Notes: generated by a model from the letters alone, not told the origin. DNA of 56,433 nucleotides from an uncultured Geobacteraceae bacterium (GCA_903902345.1 CAIUUR010000499.1:1-56433); one strand, 5' to 3'; shown: positions 25,990-35,158, counted from the stretch's first letter. Numbers and translations are program-made.

Positions 25990-27198
25990 ATGAGACGCCA
26001 CATCCTGTTATTGACCTTCCCCCTGTTGATCGTACTCCTGGCTGGCTGCGCCGGGAAGATAACCCCCTGTAACTCGTACGAAGACAATCCGCAGCATCAC
26101 TATCTCCGCGGCATGGAGTCCCTGGAGATCGGCAAGCTCGACGATGCCCAGAGCTCGTTTGATCGCGCTATCAGCTGCAACGAAAAGTTCGGTCCCGGCT
26201 TCGCGGGACTGGCCATCGTTGCCGCCGAAAAGGGGGGAACTGCGACCGATACCGGTTCCCGTACTTTCCAGGTCGAACGGGCCAGGGAAAATCTTGCCAG
26301 ATCAAAAAAGCAGGCTGAAAGCGCCGAGCAGAGATTCGACTACCAGATGGCTCGTCTCAGGATCTCCCCGCTGCTCAAGGAAAAGAAGTGGCTGGTTACG
26401 GCGGAAAATGCCAGTGACGATGCTCAAAAGCTGAAGGTGGACGAGGCGAAGCTGCTTTACTACCGGGGGAAAGAAGCCGCACCATATTTCTTGGGGTTGG
26501 CCTATCTGGAAGCGCTGGAATTTCCCAAGGCCAGGGAACAGTTTGAACAGGTTCTCGGCTCCAGGCGGGAAGGGAAATGGCAAGAAAGGGCCGACCGGGG
26601 TTGGAAACGGGTAGACCGGATACTTCGGGCCATGGCGGGTATGACCGTGGGAGATGTGGGCAAGAAGATCGCCGTGAAGGGTAGCGTCAGTCGGGGAGAG
26701 CTGGCGGCACTGTTCGTCGACGAGTTGACGATTGATAAACTATTTGCCGGCCGGATCCCCATAGCCCCCCAGGCGGCTAAGTTGCAGGCGGAATTTACTC
26801 CCGCGGATCTGGTCGATTACCCGTTCAGGGGAGAAATTCTCACTCTGATGAAGTGGAAGGTCAGGGGGATGGAGCCCCGATATGACTCAACCTCCCAGGC
26901 GTACCTCTTCAAACCGACCGAACCGGTCAGTCGGGGAGAACTGGCATTGACCCTGGAAGACCTGCTGATCAAGCTAACCGGAAATGAGAAACTTGCTACC
27001 GCCTATTTGGGACAGGAGAAGTCACCGTTCCCTGATGTCCGGTCGACATCTCACTACTACAATGCGGTCATGAACATGACAACCCGGGGGATCATGGTGG
27101 GGGAGCTTTCCGGCGAGTTCCGTGCAAACGACCCGGTTGACGGCGCCGATGCGCTGCTGGCCATCAGGATGCTCCAGCAAAAGAAGAATATTCATTGA
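25990..27198 (+). CDS. Lipoprotein with N-terminal TPR-like helices and C-terminal SLH-like repeats
   Basis: MRRHILLLTFPLLIVLLAGCAG (lipobox). Repeated (S)VSRGELA(A/L) segments and HYYNAVMNMTTRGIMVGELSGEFRANDPVDGADALLAI resemble S-layer-homology motifs. Confidence 0.6.
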   Translation: MRRHILLLTFPLLIVLLAGCAGKITPCNSYEDNPQHHYLRGMESLEIGKLDDAQSSFDRAISCNEKFGPGFAGLAIVAAEKGGTATDTGSRTFQVERARENLARSKKQAESAEQRFDYQMARLRISPLLKEKKWLVTAENASDDAQKLKVDEAKLLYYRGKEAAPYFLGLAYLEALEFPKAREQFEQVLGSRREGKWQERADRGWKRVDRILRAMAGMTVGDVGKKIAVKGSVSRGELAALFVDELTIDKLFAGRIPIAPQAAKLQAEFTPADLVDYPFRGEILTLMKWKVRGMEPRYDSTSQAYLFKPTEPVSRGELALTLEDLLIKLTGNEKLATAYLGQEKSPFPDVRSTSHYYNAVMNMTTRGIMVGELSGEFRANDPVDGADALLAIRMLQQKKNIH

Positions 27199-27212
27199 AC
27201 TCAAAAACGGTA

Positions 27213-27378
27213 TTTACACCACAGAGTCATAGAGAGCACAGAGAAATCATTGAAAAAAGTTGGACACCTTTTCATTTAGAGTATGAAGTCAAGGTCGAGA
27301 ACGAAGATTCCGTAAACGTAAGTATTGCATGCGCTTTACCTCTGTGATCTCTGTGACTCTGTGGTGAACTGCTTTTTC
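27213..27378. repeat. Structured palindromic intergenic element, copy 1 (arms made of tandem CACAGAG octamers)
   Basis: Left arm caccacagagtcatagagagcacagagaaa. Right arm tctgtgatctctgtgactctgtggtgaactgcttttt. About 90-nt spacer. Same architecture at 45290-45458 and 46526-46668. Confidence 0.85.
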
Positions 27379-27439
27379 AAGGTTGAAGGGAACCGCCGTC
27401 AATGGCCCCACTCATTGCAAACGTAAAGGAGAGTAAATC

Positions 27440-27523
27440 ATGAAAAGAGTTATCGTCATCGGCGTCCTGCTTGCCTGCTCCCTTCTAACCGGTTCCGCCT
27501 TGCCGTGGAGGGAACCACGATAA
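27440..27523 (+). other. Orphan lipoprotein signal-peptide mini-ORF, out of frame with the following LPP20-like gene
   Basis: AAGGAGAG SD, ATG at 27440, MKRVIVIGVLLACSLLTGSALPWREPR then TAA at 27521. The downstream ORF is open only from 27490 and is in another frame. Confidence 0.55.
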
Positions 27524-28401
27524 AGCTTGATGAAACGTTCACCAAGGCCAACGAATGGTTGCAAAAAAACAATCTTCAGCTCACCGGCAGCCCCACCATG
27601 CGCAATGACGAAGCCGCCTTTGAGCAGGAGACTCTTCTCTTTTACGGTGAGGGGTACGGTAATCCGGCGCATACCAATGCGGCCCAGCGGGAAGGGATGG
27701 CCAAGCGGGCCGCAGTGGTCACCGCCCAGCGGGCAGTGGCCGAATACCTGGAAGGGTTTGCCATAGTCGGCGCCACCGAGGTCGATCAGGGGATCATCGT
27801 CAGGGACCATATCAAAACGGCGGTGGCTTCATTCATCAAGGGGGTTCAGGTGGTTTTCGAGGATTACAACAGAGAGAAGGAGACCGCCATCGCCATCATC
27901 AAGATCGGACTGCACGGCCCCAAGGGATTCGGAACCTACCTCTATGAGAGGATCAACACCGATCCTGTTCTGAAAAAGGCGGTGACCACCGACAAACCGG
28001 CATTTAAACCTCCCCCGGTGGCGGCGGAGGAAGCCGGGGTTGTGCCGGCGATGCTGGATCACCCCTATGATGGGCTCATTATCGACGCCACCGAGCAGGA
28101 TTTCCGACCGGCCCTGATCAATCGGATCTTTACCGTCAAGGGGGAGGTCCTTTATGACCCGGCCAAAGTGAGTCAGAAGGTGTTGGTGGAGCAGGGGTGC
28201 GGCGAATACACCAATAGTCAGGATAAGGCCAGGGCGGCTCTGGCCGTGCGGGGGGTGACTAACCCGCTCCTTCTTAAGGCGTCCGGGGCAAACAACCGCT
28301 CCGATCTTCAAGTCAGTGATGAAGACGCCATCAAGGTTTTTACCGCAAATCAGAAGGGTAATTTTCTCGGCGACGCCAAGGTGGCGTTTGTCCTGAAATA
28401 A
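27505..28401 (+). CDS. LPP20-family-like protein (probably a lipoprotein whose signal peptide has been separated by a 1-nt frameshift)
   Basis: AAQREGMAKRAAVVTAQRAVAEYLEGFAIVG is the LPP20-type helix motif. GTG at 27505 is the first possible start in this frame. Confidence 0.65.
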   Translation: MEGTTIKLDETFTKANEWLQKNNLQLTGSPTMRNDEAAFEQETLLFYGEGYGNPAHTNAAQREGMAKRAAVVTAQRAVAEYLEGFAIVGATEVDQGIIVRDHIKTAVASFIKGVQVVFEDYNREKETAIAIIKIGLHGPKGFGTYLYERINTDPVLKKAVTTDKPAFKPPPVAAEEAGVVPAMLDHPYDGLIIDATEQDFRPALINRIFTVKGEVLYDPAKVSQKVLVEQGCGEYTNSQDKARAALAVRGVTNPLLLKASGANNRSDLQVSDEDAIKVFTANQKGNFLGDAKVAFVLK

Positions 28402-28405
28402 GGGG

Positions 28406-30685
28406 ATGAGATACCTGCTGCTTCTCCTCCTGTTTCTGCCGTCGGCCGGTTGCGCTCCAACCCTCAAGCTGGAGCAGCACACGCGACCGGTCACGGAGAT
28501 CGCCGACAACGATTTACCCCGGATCGTCGCGATTCTTCCCTTTGACAACGGTAGCCGGGAGGAGGGAAGTGAAACCATGGTGCGGCGAGCTGTCGCCAAT
28601 CATTTCAGCGCCAAGGCGTATGGGGAGATGAAGCTTCCGGTGGTGGACGAGAAGCTTCTCCGGTTCCGGCAGGCATCGGGGAAGAGGATTGCCGACGCCA
28701 CCCCTCAGGAATTGGCCCAGGCCTTGGGGTGCGACGGTCTGCTCTTCGGCCGGATAACCGAGTTTAAGTGGCTTTATGCGGGGGTCTATTCCCAAATAGG
28801 GGTGGAGGCGGAGATTTGGATGATCAACGCCCGCAACGGGAAAGAGCTCTTTCGCCTGAAAAAAGCGGTGCGCTACCATGAGGGGGGGATACCCCTTAGC
28901 CCCCTTTCCGCTGTCGTAACCGTTGTCTCCACGGCGCTGAATCTGCGTGACATCCAGCGGGTCCGGTTGGTGAACGAACTTGCCTACGAATTCATGAAAG
29001 AGGTGCCCACGCCGGAGACGGCTCAGGTTGACGTCGCGCCGACCATTCGTGAGGTGCTTACCAATGCCTTGGATGGTCCCTTCGGCAGGCGGCGGGTGAT
29101 CAGAGTCGGTCTTCAGGGGGAACCGGGGATGATAGCCTCCTTTGATATTGGCTCATTCCGGAAGGGGGTACCCCTGCGGGAGCGGGAACCGGGCCTATAT
29201 GCCGGAGAGTACGTCGTACTCCCCGGTGACGCAACCGCGGAGATGCCTCTCTCCGTCACGTTGGCTCGCCCCGGCGGTGGGGAGGCGGTCTGGGGTGACC
29301 TGGGAGAGTACGTCACCATCGACACTCAGTCGCCCCCGCCGGTTCAAGGACTCCGGGTGAAGGGGTATGCCGACCGGATCGAGCTGACCTGGGAGGGGGT
29401 TAAGGATGTCCCTGACCTGAAGGGGTATCGGCTCCTCCGGAGTGAATCTCCACTCTCCGGGTACGTGGAATTGGTTTTGACGGAAATGACGGCGTTCACC
29501 GACGTCACGGCCAGGCAAGGAGAGTTTTATTATTACCGGGTGATCCCTGTTGACCGGGCAGGGAATGAGCCGGAAGTTGCCGATTCTGTCCGCTGCGCCC
29601 TGCGAGCCGTGGAATCCCGTCCCCTCGCCGGAGAACTGAAGGGAGACCTGACCCTGGACGGAGACTATTTTGTGGGGGAGACGGTGATTGTTCCCTGCGG
29701 CGTAACTTTGACCATCGCCGACGGATCACGGCTTCTCTTTGCACCGGACACGGGGTTGATCGTCAGGGGAGCGCTGTCGGTACAAGGTGGAGAGAGTCCG
29801 GTGGAGTTTGTGCCGACAGCGGAAGGGAGCTGGGAGGGGATTACGCTGAATGGCGGAACGGTGGCCATGAAGAGGTTCCGTCTGCGGGATGCCGCCGTGG
29901 GGATTACCTTCAGGGATGTGGAAGGGGAGGTTGAAGGGGGGAGTATTACCGGCTGTGGTATCGGGATGCTCCTGACGGGAAGCAGGCCTTTGACGCTAAG
30001 AAACATGATCGTCTCCGGTTCCACCGTGGGTGTCAGGTTCACCGGGAGCGCGGCCCGGCTCGTGGGGAGCACGATCATTCAGAATGGTGATGGTGTGGCG
30101 GTGGAGGGGTTTTCCGGGGAGTTGCGGGATAACACTCTTCGTGACAACAAGCGGAACGTGACGAGCGACAAATTCATTACCATCGGCCCCAACTGGTTCG
30201 GCTCCATCCGGCGGGACGAACTGGGGCTGGATCCCACCGTAGCCGTGGAACTGGTCCATGACGCCCCGTTCCCGGAAGGCAAGCCGGCGCCGCCGGTGGA
30301 CGACCCCTATCTACGCCTCACAGCCCAGGAGCGGCAGATAAAGGGGACCGAATTGGTTATTCAGGCGGGGGTCTTCTTCCGCCAAGCCAACTACGGCCAT
30401 GCCGCCATTCTTTTGGACGAGGCGCGCAAGGCGGCGCCCACCGCCGAGATCTATTATTTCCTGGGGATCTGTTACCAGCAGATGAAGGAGCCGGAGCGGG
30501 GGGTGATCCTGCTGCGTGAAGGGACGGGTAAGTTTCCCCAGGATCCCCTCCTCTGGAAATCCCTGGGACTGCTCTTGATCGACCGGGAAAAGTCCGAAGA
30601 GGCTCGCGCCGCCCTGGACGAAGCGCTCCGTCTCCACCCGGAGGATCGCCAAGCCCGGTTCCTGCGTGACCGGCTGGGACCGTAG
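28406..30685 (+). CDS. Multidomain lipoprotein: DUF799/GNA1162-like N-domain, FN3, right-handed beta-helix repeats, C-terminal TPR
   Basis: LLLFLPSAGCAP lipobox. RIVAILPFDNGS (DUF799-like). PPPVQGLRVKGYADRIELTWEGV...YYYRVIPVDRAGNE (FN3). Repeated G-x-I/V turns from about aa 430-600 (beta-helix). TPR-like AEIYYFLGICYQQMKEPERG...EALRLHPED. Confidence 0.7.
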   Translation: MRYLLLLLLFLPSAGCAPTLKLEQHTRPVTEIADNDLPRIVAILPFDNGSREEGSETMVRRAVANHFSAKAYGEMKLPVVDEKLLRFRQASGKRIADATPQELAQALGCDGLLFGRITEFKWLYAGVYSQIGVEAEIWMINARNGKELFRLKKAVRYHEGGIPLSPLSAVVTVVSTALNLRDIQRVRLVNELAYEFMKEVPTPETAQVDVAPTIREVLTNALDGPFGRRRVIRVGLQGEPGMIASFDIGSFRKGVPLREREPGLYAGEYVVLPGDATAEMPLSVTLARPGGGEAVWGDLGEYVTIDTQSPPPVQGLRVKGYADRIELTWEGVKDVPDLKGYRLLRSESPLSGYVELVLTEMTAFTDVTARQGEFYYYRVIPVDRAGNEPEVADSVRCALRAVESRPLAGELKGDLTLDGDYFVGETVIVPCGVTLTIADGSRLLFAPDTGLIVRGALSVQGGESPVEFVPTAEGSWEGITLNGGTVAMKRFRLRDAAVGITFRDVEGEVEGGSITGCGIGMLLTGSRPLTLRNMIVSGSTVGVRFTGSAARLVGSTIIQNGDGVAVEGFSGELRDNTLRDNKRNVTSDKFITIGPNWFGSIRRDELGLDPTVAVELVHDAPFPEGKPAPPVDDPYLRLTAQERQIKGTELVIQAGVFFRQANYGHAAILLDEARKAAPTAEIYYFLGICYQQMKEPERGVILLREGTGKFPQDPLLWKSLGLLLIDREKSEEARAALDEALRLHPEDRQARFLRDRLGP

Positions 30686-30733
30686 GGCGTCACACGCTAT
30701 CAGGTCGTTACGACAAAGAACAGGGAGATAACG

Positions 30734-30925
30734 ATGAAGATCCTGTTGCAGAGCTGGATGATACTGTTGACGCTCTTTATTGGGGCGACGGCATCGGCGG
30801 CGCCGGTGGTGCTGTTGACGGAGCGGGAGGCGGCCATCCCCTCAGGGAGGCACAAGATCAGGGTCACCATCACCGATGATAAGGGGGGATTCACTCAGGA
30901 GACCTTCGTGATGAAAGTCCCGTGA
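30734..30925 (+). CDS. Small secreted protein (63 aa), function unknown
   Basis: Signal peptide MKILLQSWMILLTLFIGATASA, then about 40 aa of beta-rich sequence. Tightly packed between operon genes. Confidence 0.45.
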   Translation: MKILLQSWMILLTLFIGATASAAPVVLLTEREAAIPSGRHKIRVTITDDKGGFTQETFVMKVP

Positions 30926-30929
30926 CCGG

Positions 30930-32693
30930 ATGAGGTGCGTCATGATCAACTCAACGATTCCACTATTGATGCTGATGGTTATCGTATCTGTTGCTCCCCG
31001 GTCAACCGAGGCCAAGACCCTCGTCCTGGAAGGGGAGCTGGAGAGTGACATCAAGTTGACGCAACAGGTTCGCTTTACGGTGGACAAGCCGCTTACTTCC
31101 CACTCGTTCCGCTTCGCACTGCCGACTTCCTTTGCTAACAGGGCCGTATCCCAGGATACACGGGAGTTGGCGGTCAGCTACTCCCCCCGCCCGGAGCGGG
31201 AAGAGGTTGACGTGGACAAGTTCGGCAACCATTACAAAAAGGCATACTGGAAGGAGTTGACGGCGGACGCCCGGATCACCATTCGGTATCGGAGCCGAGT
31301 CAAGGTGACCCTTTCCGCCATGGAGAGCAAGGCGCCGTTTCCGCTGCCGGAAGTTTCTCCTGCCGATGAGCAGTTTCTTCAGGCGACCGGGGAGGTGCAA
31401 AGCGGTGATCCGGAAATCCGCGCCATCGCCGGGAACCTGACCCAGGATAGCGCCACCGAATACGACGCGGTCACTGCCCTCCTGACCCATGTGGCCGATA
31501 CGATCAGATACGCTTACAATCCGCCCCAGTATGATGCGCTCTACACTCTCAGGGCCGGTAGCGGGAACTGCCAGAACCTGGCCCACTACAGCCTGGCGCT
31601 CCTCCGGGCGTCGGGCATTCCGGCCCGCATTGTCGGCGGGATCAGCCTCAGCGAGCCGTGGCAGATTGCCATGGAAAACGGGCAATCCTGGGTTCAGCGG
31701 ATGGGGCAGGGGGGGCACGCCTGGATAGAGGTCTATTTTCCTGATCTGGGGTGGCTTTCCTATGATCCGCTCTACTCCCGGCAGTTTACTCCGACCCGGC
31801 ATATAAAGCAGACTCATGGTCTTGATGCCGGCGACATCAATGATTCCTGGTCGTCTGCACCGACTCACCCCGAATACAGTGAAACCGTAACGGCGGAGTT
31901 CCAGGATGACCGGATAAACGTCAGGGTTGCCGCCTCCTCCACCGCGCCGCGCAGTTACCTCCTGAGTAACCGGTTTCTGGCCAAGGGCCCCCAGTCGCCG
32001 GGAGAAGCGAGACCAGGGGGCGTTCACCCCGAGGCGCCGGCGGGACCGTCGCCACTCCCTCCATCCTGGAAAAAACCGGAACCGAAACCACCGGCCATGA
32101 AGCCGTTCCCCGTGAAACCGTCAACCGGGGGGACCATCGAATTCGGCAATATGGAGTTTCCGAACCTGGTGGACGCCTATCGCATGGTGGGAAATGAAGG
32201 GCGAAAGATCATGGACAAGGAGACCTCCGAGTACGCTACCTCCCGGCAGATCTACGCCCAGGCTTTCACTACGCCGGAGATCATGGAGCTGGAAAAGATT
32301 TCGCTGGCCATGCGAAAGTTCGGCGGTGACGGGACCATCTACGTGGATGTCGTGGCGGATGATAACGGTAAACCGGGCATGGCAGGAGTCCGTTCCACTC
32401 CGATCTTCGTTGAGACCATCACCCGTAAACCGGGTTATTACTGGGTCGATTTTTCCTTCCCCAAGGATTCGGGGCTCCATCTGATGCGGGAGAAATACTG
32501 GATCGTACTTCGCCACTCCGGCGAAACCGTCATGAACTGGTTTTTTACTCCCGGCAAACCGTATGGCGGCAGCGACGACACCCGTTCCACTGCCAAGGGG
32601 TATCTGTGGGAGGATATGCTCAACTACGATTTCGTCTTCAAGGTGACGGGAAAGCCTACGGGCTCGAAGAGCCCCAAGACCCCGTCTTTATAA
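30930..32693 (+). CDS. Secreted transglutaminase-like cysteine protease-fold protein with Pro-rich linker and unknown C-terminal domain
   Basis: GSGNCQNLAHYSLALLRASGIPARIV (Cys), GGHAWIEVYFPDLGWLSYDP (His, Asp). Linker PSPLPPSWKKPEPKPPAMKPFPVKP. Confidence 0.8.
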   Translation: MRCVMINSTIPLLMLMVIVSVAPRSTEAKTLVLEGELESDIKLTQQVRFTVDKPLTSHSFRFALPTSFANRAVSQDTRELAVSYSPRPEREEVDVDKFGNHYKKAYWKELTADARITIRYRSRVKVTLSAMESKAPFPLPEVSPADEQFLQATGEVQSGDPEIRAIAGNLTQDSATEYDAVTALLTHVADTIRYAYNPPQYDALYTLRAGSGNCQNLAHYSLALLRASGIPARIVGGISLSEPWQIAMENGQSWVQRMGQGGHAWIEVYFPDLGWLSYDPLYSRQFTPTRHIKQTHGLDAGDINDSWSSAPTHPEYSETVTAEFQDDRINVRVAASSTAPRSYLLSNRFLAKGPQSPGEARPGGVHPEAPAGPSPLPPSWKKPEPKPPAMKPFPVKPSTGGTIEFGNMEFPNLVDAYRMVGNEGRKIMDKETSEYATSRQIYAQAFTTPEIMELEKISLAMRKFGGDGTIYVDVVADDNGKPGMAGVRSTPIFVETITRKPGYYWVDFSFPKDSGLHLMREKYWIVLRHSGETVMNWFFTPGKPYGGSDDTRSTAKGYLWEDMLNYDFVFKVTGKPTGSKSPKTPSL

Positions 32694-32749
32694 CGCAGAG
32701 GACGGAGGGCGCGCAGAGGAAAACCTGTAGGTAAACGAGGGGGAACATC

Positions 32750-35110
32750 ATGTCATGGAAACCGGGTCACACGGGTGTCTGTCGTTGTCTCATGGCGCTG
32801 CTCACGCTGCTTCTTGCGTTGCCGTTTTCCAGTGTCGCCAAAGAGCCATCCAAGACGGTTCGGAAACCACCGACAGCCGTGGCGGATACCGTCTGTGAGC
32901 TTCCCCTCGGGGGGCAACATTTTACCGCGTCGGAAGTGGAGCACGGAACCTTTGCCATTGATCTCAGCGTGGCGTACACCACCGACCAGATCGCCCAGAT
33001 CGAGAGTAATGTCAAGGCGTGTCAAAGTCTGATCTCCAGTCGTCTTCTCGGTTTTCAGGACAGAGGCTCCATTCTGATTCGTGACAAGGCGTCCATGGAA
33101 GGAATGCGCAATATTAAGGACCAGATTGACATCCTGAAGACGCTGGAGTCGGAAAAAAATGATATCAGGAACACTCTCGGCAACGATCTGGCGCAGGTAA
33201 GCCTGAAAGGATTGTATGCTGTCGTCCTTGAGGCGGACTTGAAAACCCCCCGTGACCAATTGCTGGACAAGGCGAAAAAACTGATTGCCCCCAAGGCGGT
33301 TCAAGATCTCCGGGGAGTGGCGATCAGCTCCGTATCGGTTGTGGAGGAGAGCCGATCGGTGTTCGACAGGGTGGTGGCCGAGACCTCGGGAGAAATGGAT
33401 GTGGAGGTTGTCGCCTTTGAGGATCGTAAATCCTTTCTTGGTAAAGCACAGCTTCTGTATGTGGCGGTGGTGCGGGTCAATCCCCTTTTCGGCGGCATCA
33501 GACACGATGGGGCCGGCGTCAGCCTGACCAGGGGGTTCGTGGCGGATCTCCTCTCCCTCAAGAATAACTCCTCATTTTTCAGACAGGATCTCGCCAAATA
33601 CACCAGCCCCACCTATGCGACGGAAAAAACACGATCGTTGGAAGAGATTGTTGCGGTCTGGCAAAACGTGATCCAGCAGGGAAACGCCCAAGCGAACAAG
33701 AAAAGTGGCGAACTGTTGGCTCAGCTTGCCCGGAGGATCAAGGAGAAGGACGACGAGATAAAGCTTACGACCCGCAAGATTGAGGATATGCGACGCAAAC
33801 TTGGCGAATACTACGATCAGACCGGCTACCGGTGCGACCTTGTGGCCGAGGAGTGTCTGGACAGGGCGATAGCACATATTGATCAGGGAATTTCCGAGGT
33901 CGTCACTGCCGGACTGACGGAAAAGGGGAGGGAAATGGTCTCCGCCAAGGGGATTGTCATCGGCGCCGGTGACCCGGAAAAAGAGGTGCAGCGACTGGTC
34001 CAGGATTTCTATCAAAATTTGCGAACCACCTACGCCAAACGGGAACAGTTTCTGAATCTTCAGGTCGTTGAAAGCGGCATGATGACGAGTGAGACCGGTC
34101 GGCAAGGCTACTACATAGTCAGGACTCCGCGTGAAGTTAATGTGTACCCCTATTATGATGAAAACGGCAATATGCTTGCCATGGAGGTGATGGCCTTCCG
34201 GGTGGCGCAGGAACAGGCCGGAGTGCCGGTCCAGTCGTCGTCTCCCCCCCCCGTCCCCGGCAGTAGATCGGTTACATCTACCTCCCCCGGGAAATCGGAG
34301 AGAAAGACGGTGGTGAAACCGCCGGAGAAACGGAACAAAGAAGCAATAACCGCTCCGGAAAAGCCGAAACCGGAGCACCGGTTGCCGCCGGTCAGCCAGG
34401 GTGGCGCCACTACCGATCCCGAGACCGGAATGAAACTCGTGTTCGTGCAGGGTGGATGCTACAAGATGGGGAGCAGCAGCAGAGACGACAATGCGTTGCC
34501 TCTCCACGAGGTTTGTCTGGACGGTTTTTACATGGGAAAATATGAAGTTACCCAGGAAGAGTGGCAGAAAATCATGGGGAGTAATCCTGCGAAAAATAAG
34601 GAGGGGACAAACTATCCGGTGGAGAGTGTGAGTTGGCACGACGCAAAACTGTTCATAGGGAAGTTAAACAAGTTGACCGGGAGAGATTACCGCTTGCCCA
34701 CTGAAGCCCAGTGGGAATATGCAGCGCGTGAGCGTGGTGGTGCGACTGTCTGGTCCGGGACGTCGACGGAAAAAACAGTAGCTGATTACGCCTGGTACAA
34801 GGCGAACTCCGATGGCAAGAGCCACGCGGTCGGTCAAAAAAAACCGAACAGCATCGGGATTCACGACCTGACCGGCAATGTGTGGGAATGGACGGAGGAC
34901 TGTGACAACTCTGATGCCGATACCGTGCTGGGTAAGAATAATCCGGTCCATACCGGAGGGAGGTGCTGGTCGGCCGTCCGGAGGGGGGGGAGCTTCGAAA
35001 GCAAGGCGGAACAAACGACGAACTGCTCCCGTGATGGTCATCGAAAAGGGAAGAACAACGCCGATCACGGTTTCAGAATAGTTCTTCCGGTGCAGGGCCC
35101 TGCTCAATAA
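32750..35110 (+). CDS. Secreted protein with long coiled-coil-rich N-region, Pro-rich linker and C-terminal FGE-sulfatase (SUMF1/C-type-lectin-fold) domain
   Basis: Signal peptide CLMALLTLLLALPFSSVA. C-terminus GGCYKMGS...PLHEVCLDGFYMGKYEVTQEEWQKIMG...YPVESVSWHDAKLFIGKLN...RLPTEAQWEYAAR...HDLTGNVWEWTEDC...RGGSF...GFRIV. Confidence 0.8.
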   Translation: MSWKPGHTGVCRCLMALLTLLLALPFSSVAKEPSKTVRKPPTAVADTVCELPLGGQHFTASEVEHGTFAIDLSVAYTTDQIAQIESNVKACQSLISSRLLGFQDRGSILIRDKASMEGMRNIKDQIDILKTLESEKNDIRNTLGNDLAQVSLKGLYAVVLEADLKTPRDQLLDKAKKLIAPKAVQDLRGVAISSVSVVEESRSVFDRVVAETSGEMDVEVVAFEDRKSFLGKAQLLYVAVVRVNPLFGGIRHDGAGVSLTRGFVADLLSLKNNSSFFRQDLAKYTSPTYATEKTRSLEEIVAVWQNVIQQGNAQANKKSGELLAQLARRIKEKDDEIKLTTRKIEDMRRKLGEYYDQTGYRCDLVAEECLDRAIAHIDQGISEVVTAGLTEKGREMVSAKGIVIGAGDPEKEVQRLVQDFYQNLRTTYAKREQFLNLQVVESGMMTSETGRQGYYIVRTPREVNVYPYYDENGNMLAMEVMAFRVAQEQAGVPVQSSSPPPVPGSRSVTSTSPGKSERKTVVKPPEKRNKEAITAPEKPKPEHRLPPVSQGGATTDPETGMKLVFVQGGCYKMGSSSRDDNALPLHEVCLDGFYMGKYEVTQEEWQKIMGSNPAKNKEGTNYPVESVSWHDAKLFIGKLNKLTGRDYRLPTEAQWEYAARERGGATVWSGTSTEKTVADYAWYKANSDGKSHAVGQKKPNSIGIHDLTGNVWEWTEDCDNSDADTVLGKNNPVHTGGRCWSAVRRGGSFESKAEQTTNCSRDGHRKGKNNADHGFRIVLPVQGPAQ

Positions 35111-35158
35111 TCGGGTGTCTCTTCAGGGGGACGCGCGCTCTACCCCGAGTATTCTTTT

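Noticed and set aside
27213-27378. CACAGAG/CGCGGAG repeat blocks as a CRISPR array.
   Set aside because: The units are 8-9 nt, directly abutting without spacers, and arranged as inverted arms around one spacer. The architecture is that of a REP/MITE-like hairpin element, not a CRISPR array.
27403-27418. Sigma-54 promoter-like TGGCCCC-N5-TTGCA upstream of the LPP20-like operon.
   Set aside because: The GG to GC spacing is 11 nt rather than the strict 10 nt, and the -24 element deviates from TGGCAC. I could not support the call.
34400-35110. Possible diversity-generating retroelement (DGR) variable region, because FGE-sulfatase/C-type-lectin-fold C-termini are common DGR targets.
   Set aside because: The window has no reverse transcriptase gene and no nearby second copy (template repeat) of the 3' end of the gene. 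There is no Asn-codon-rich variable stretch, and the C-terminus reads like an ordinary FGE-fold end (RGGSF...GFRIV).
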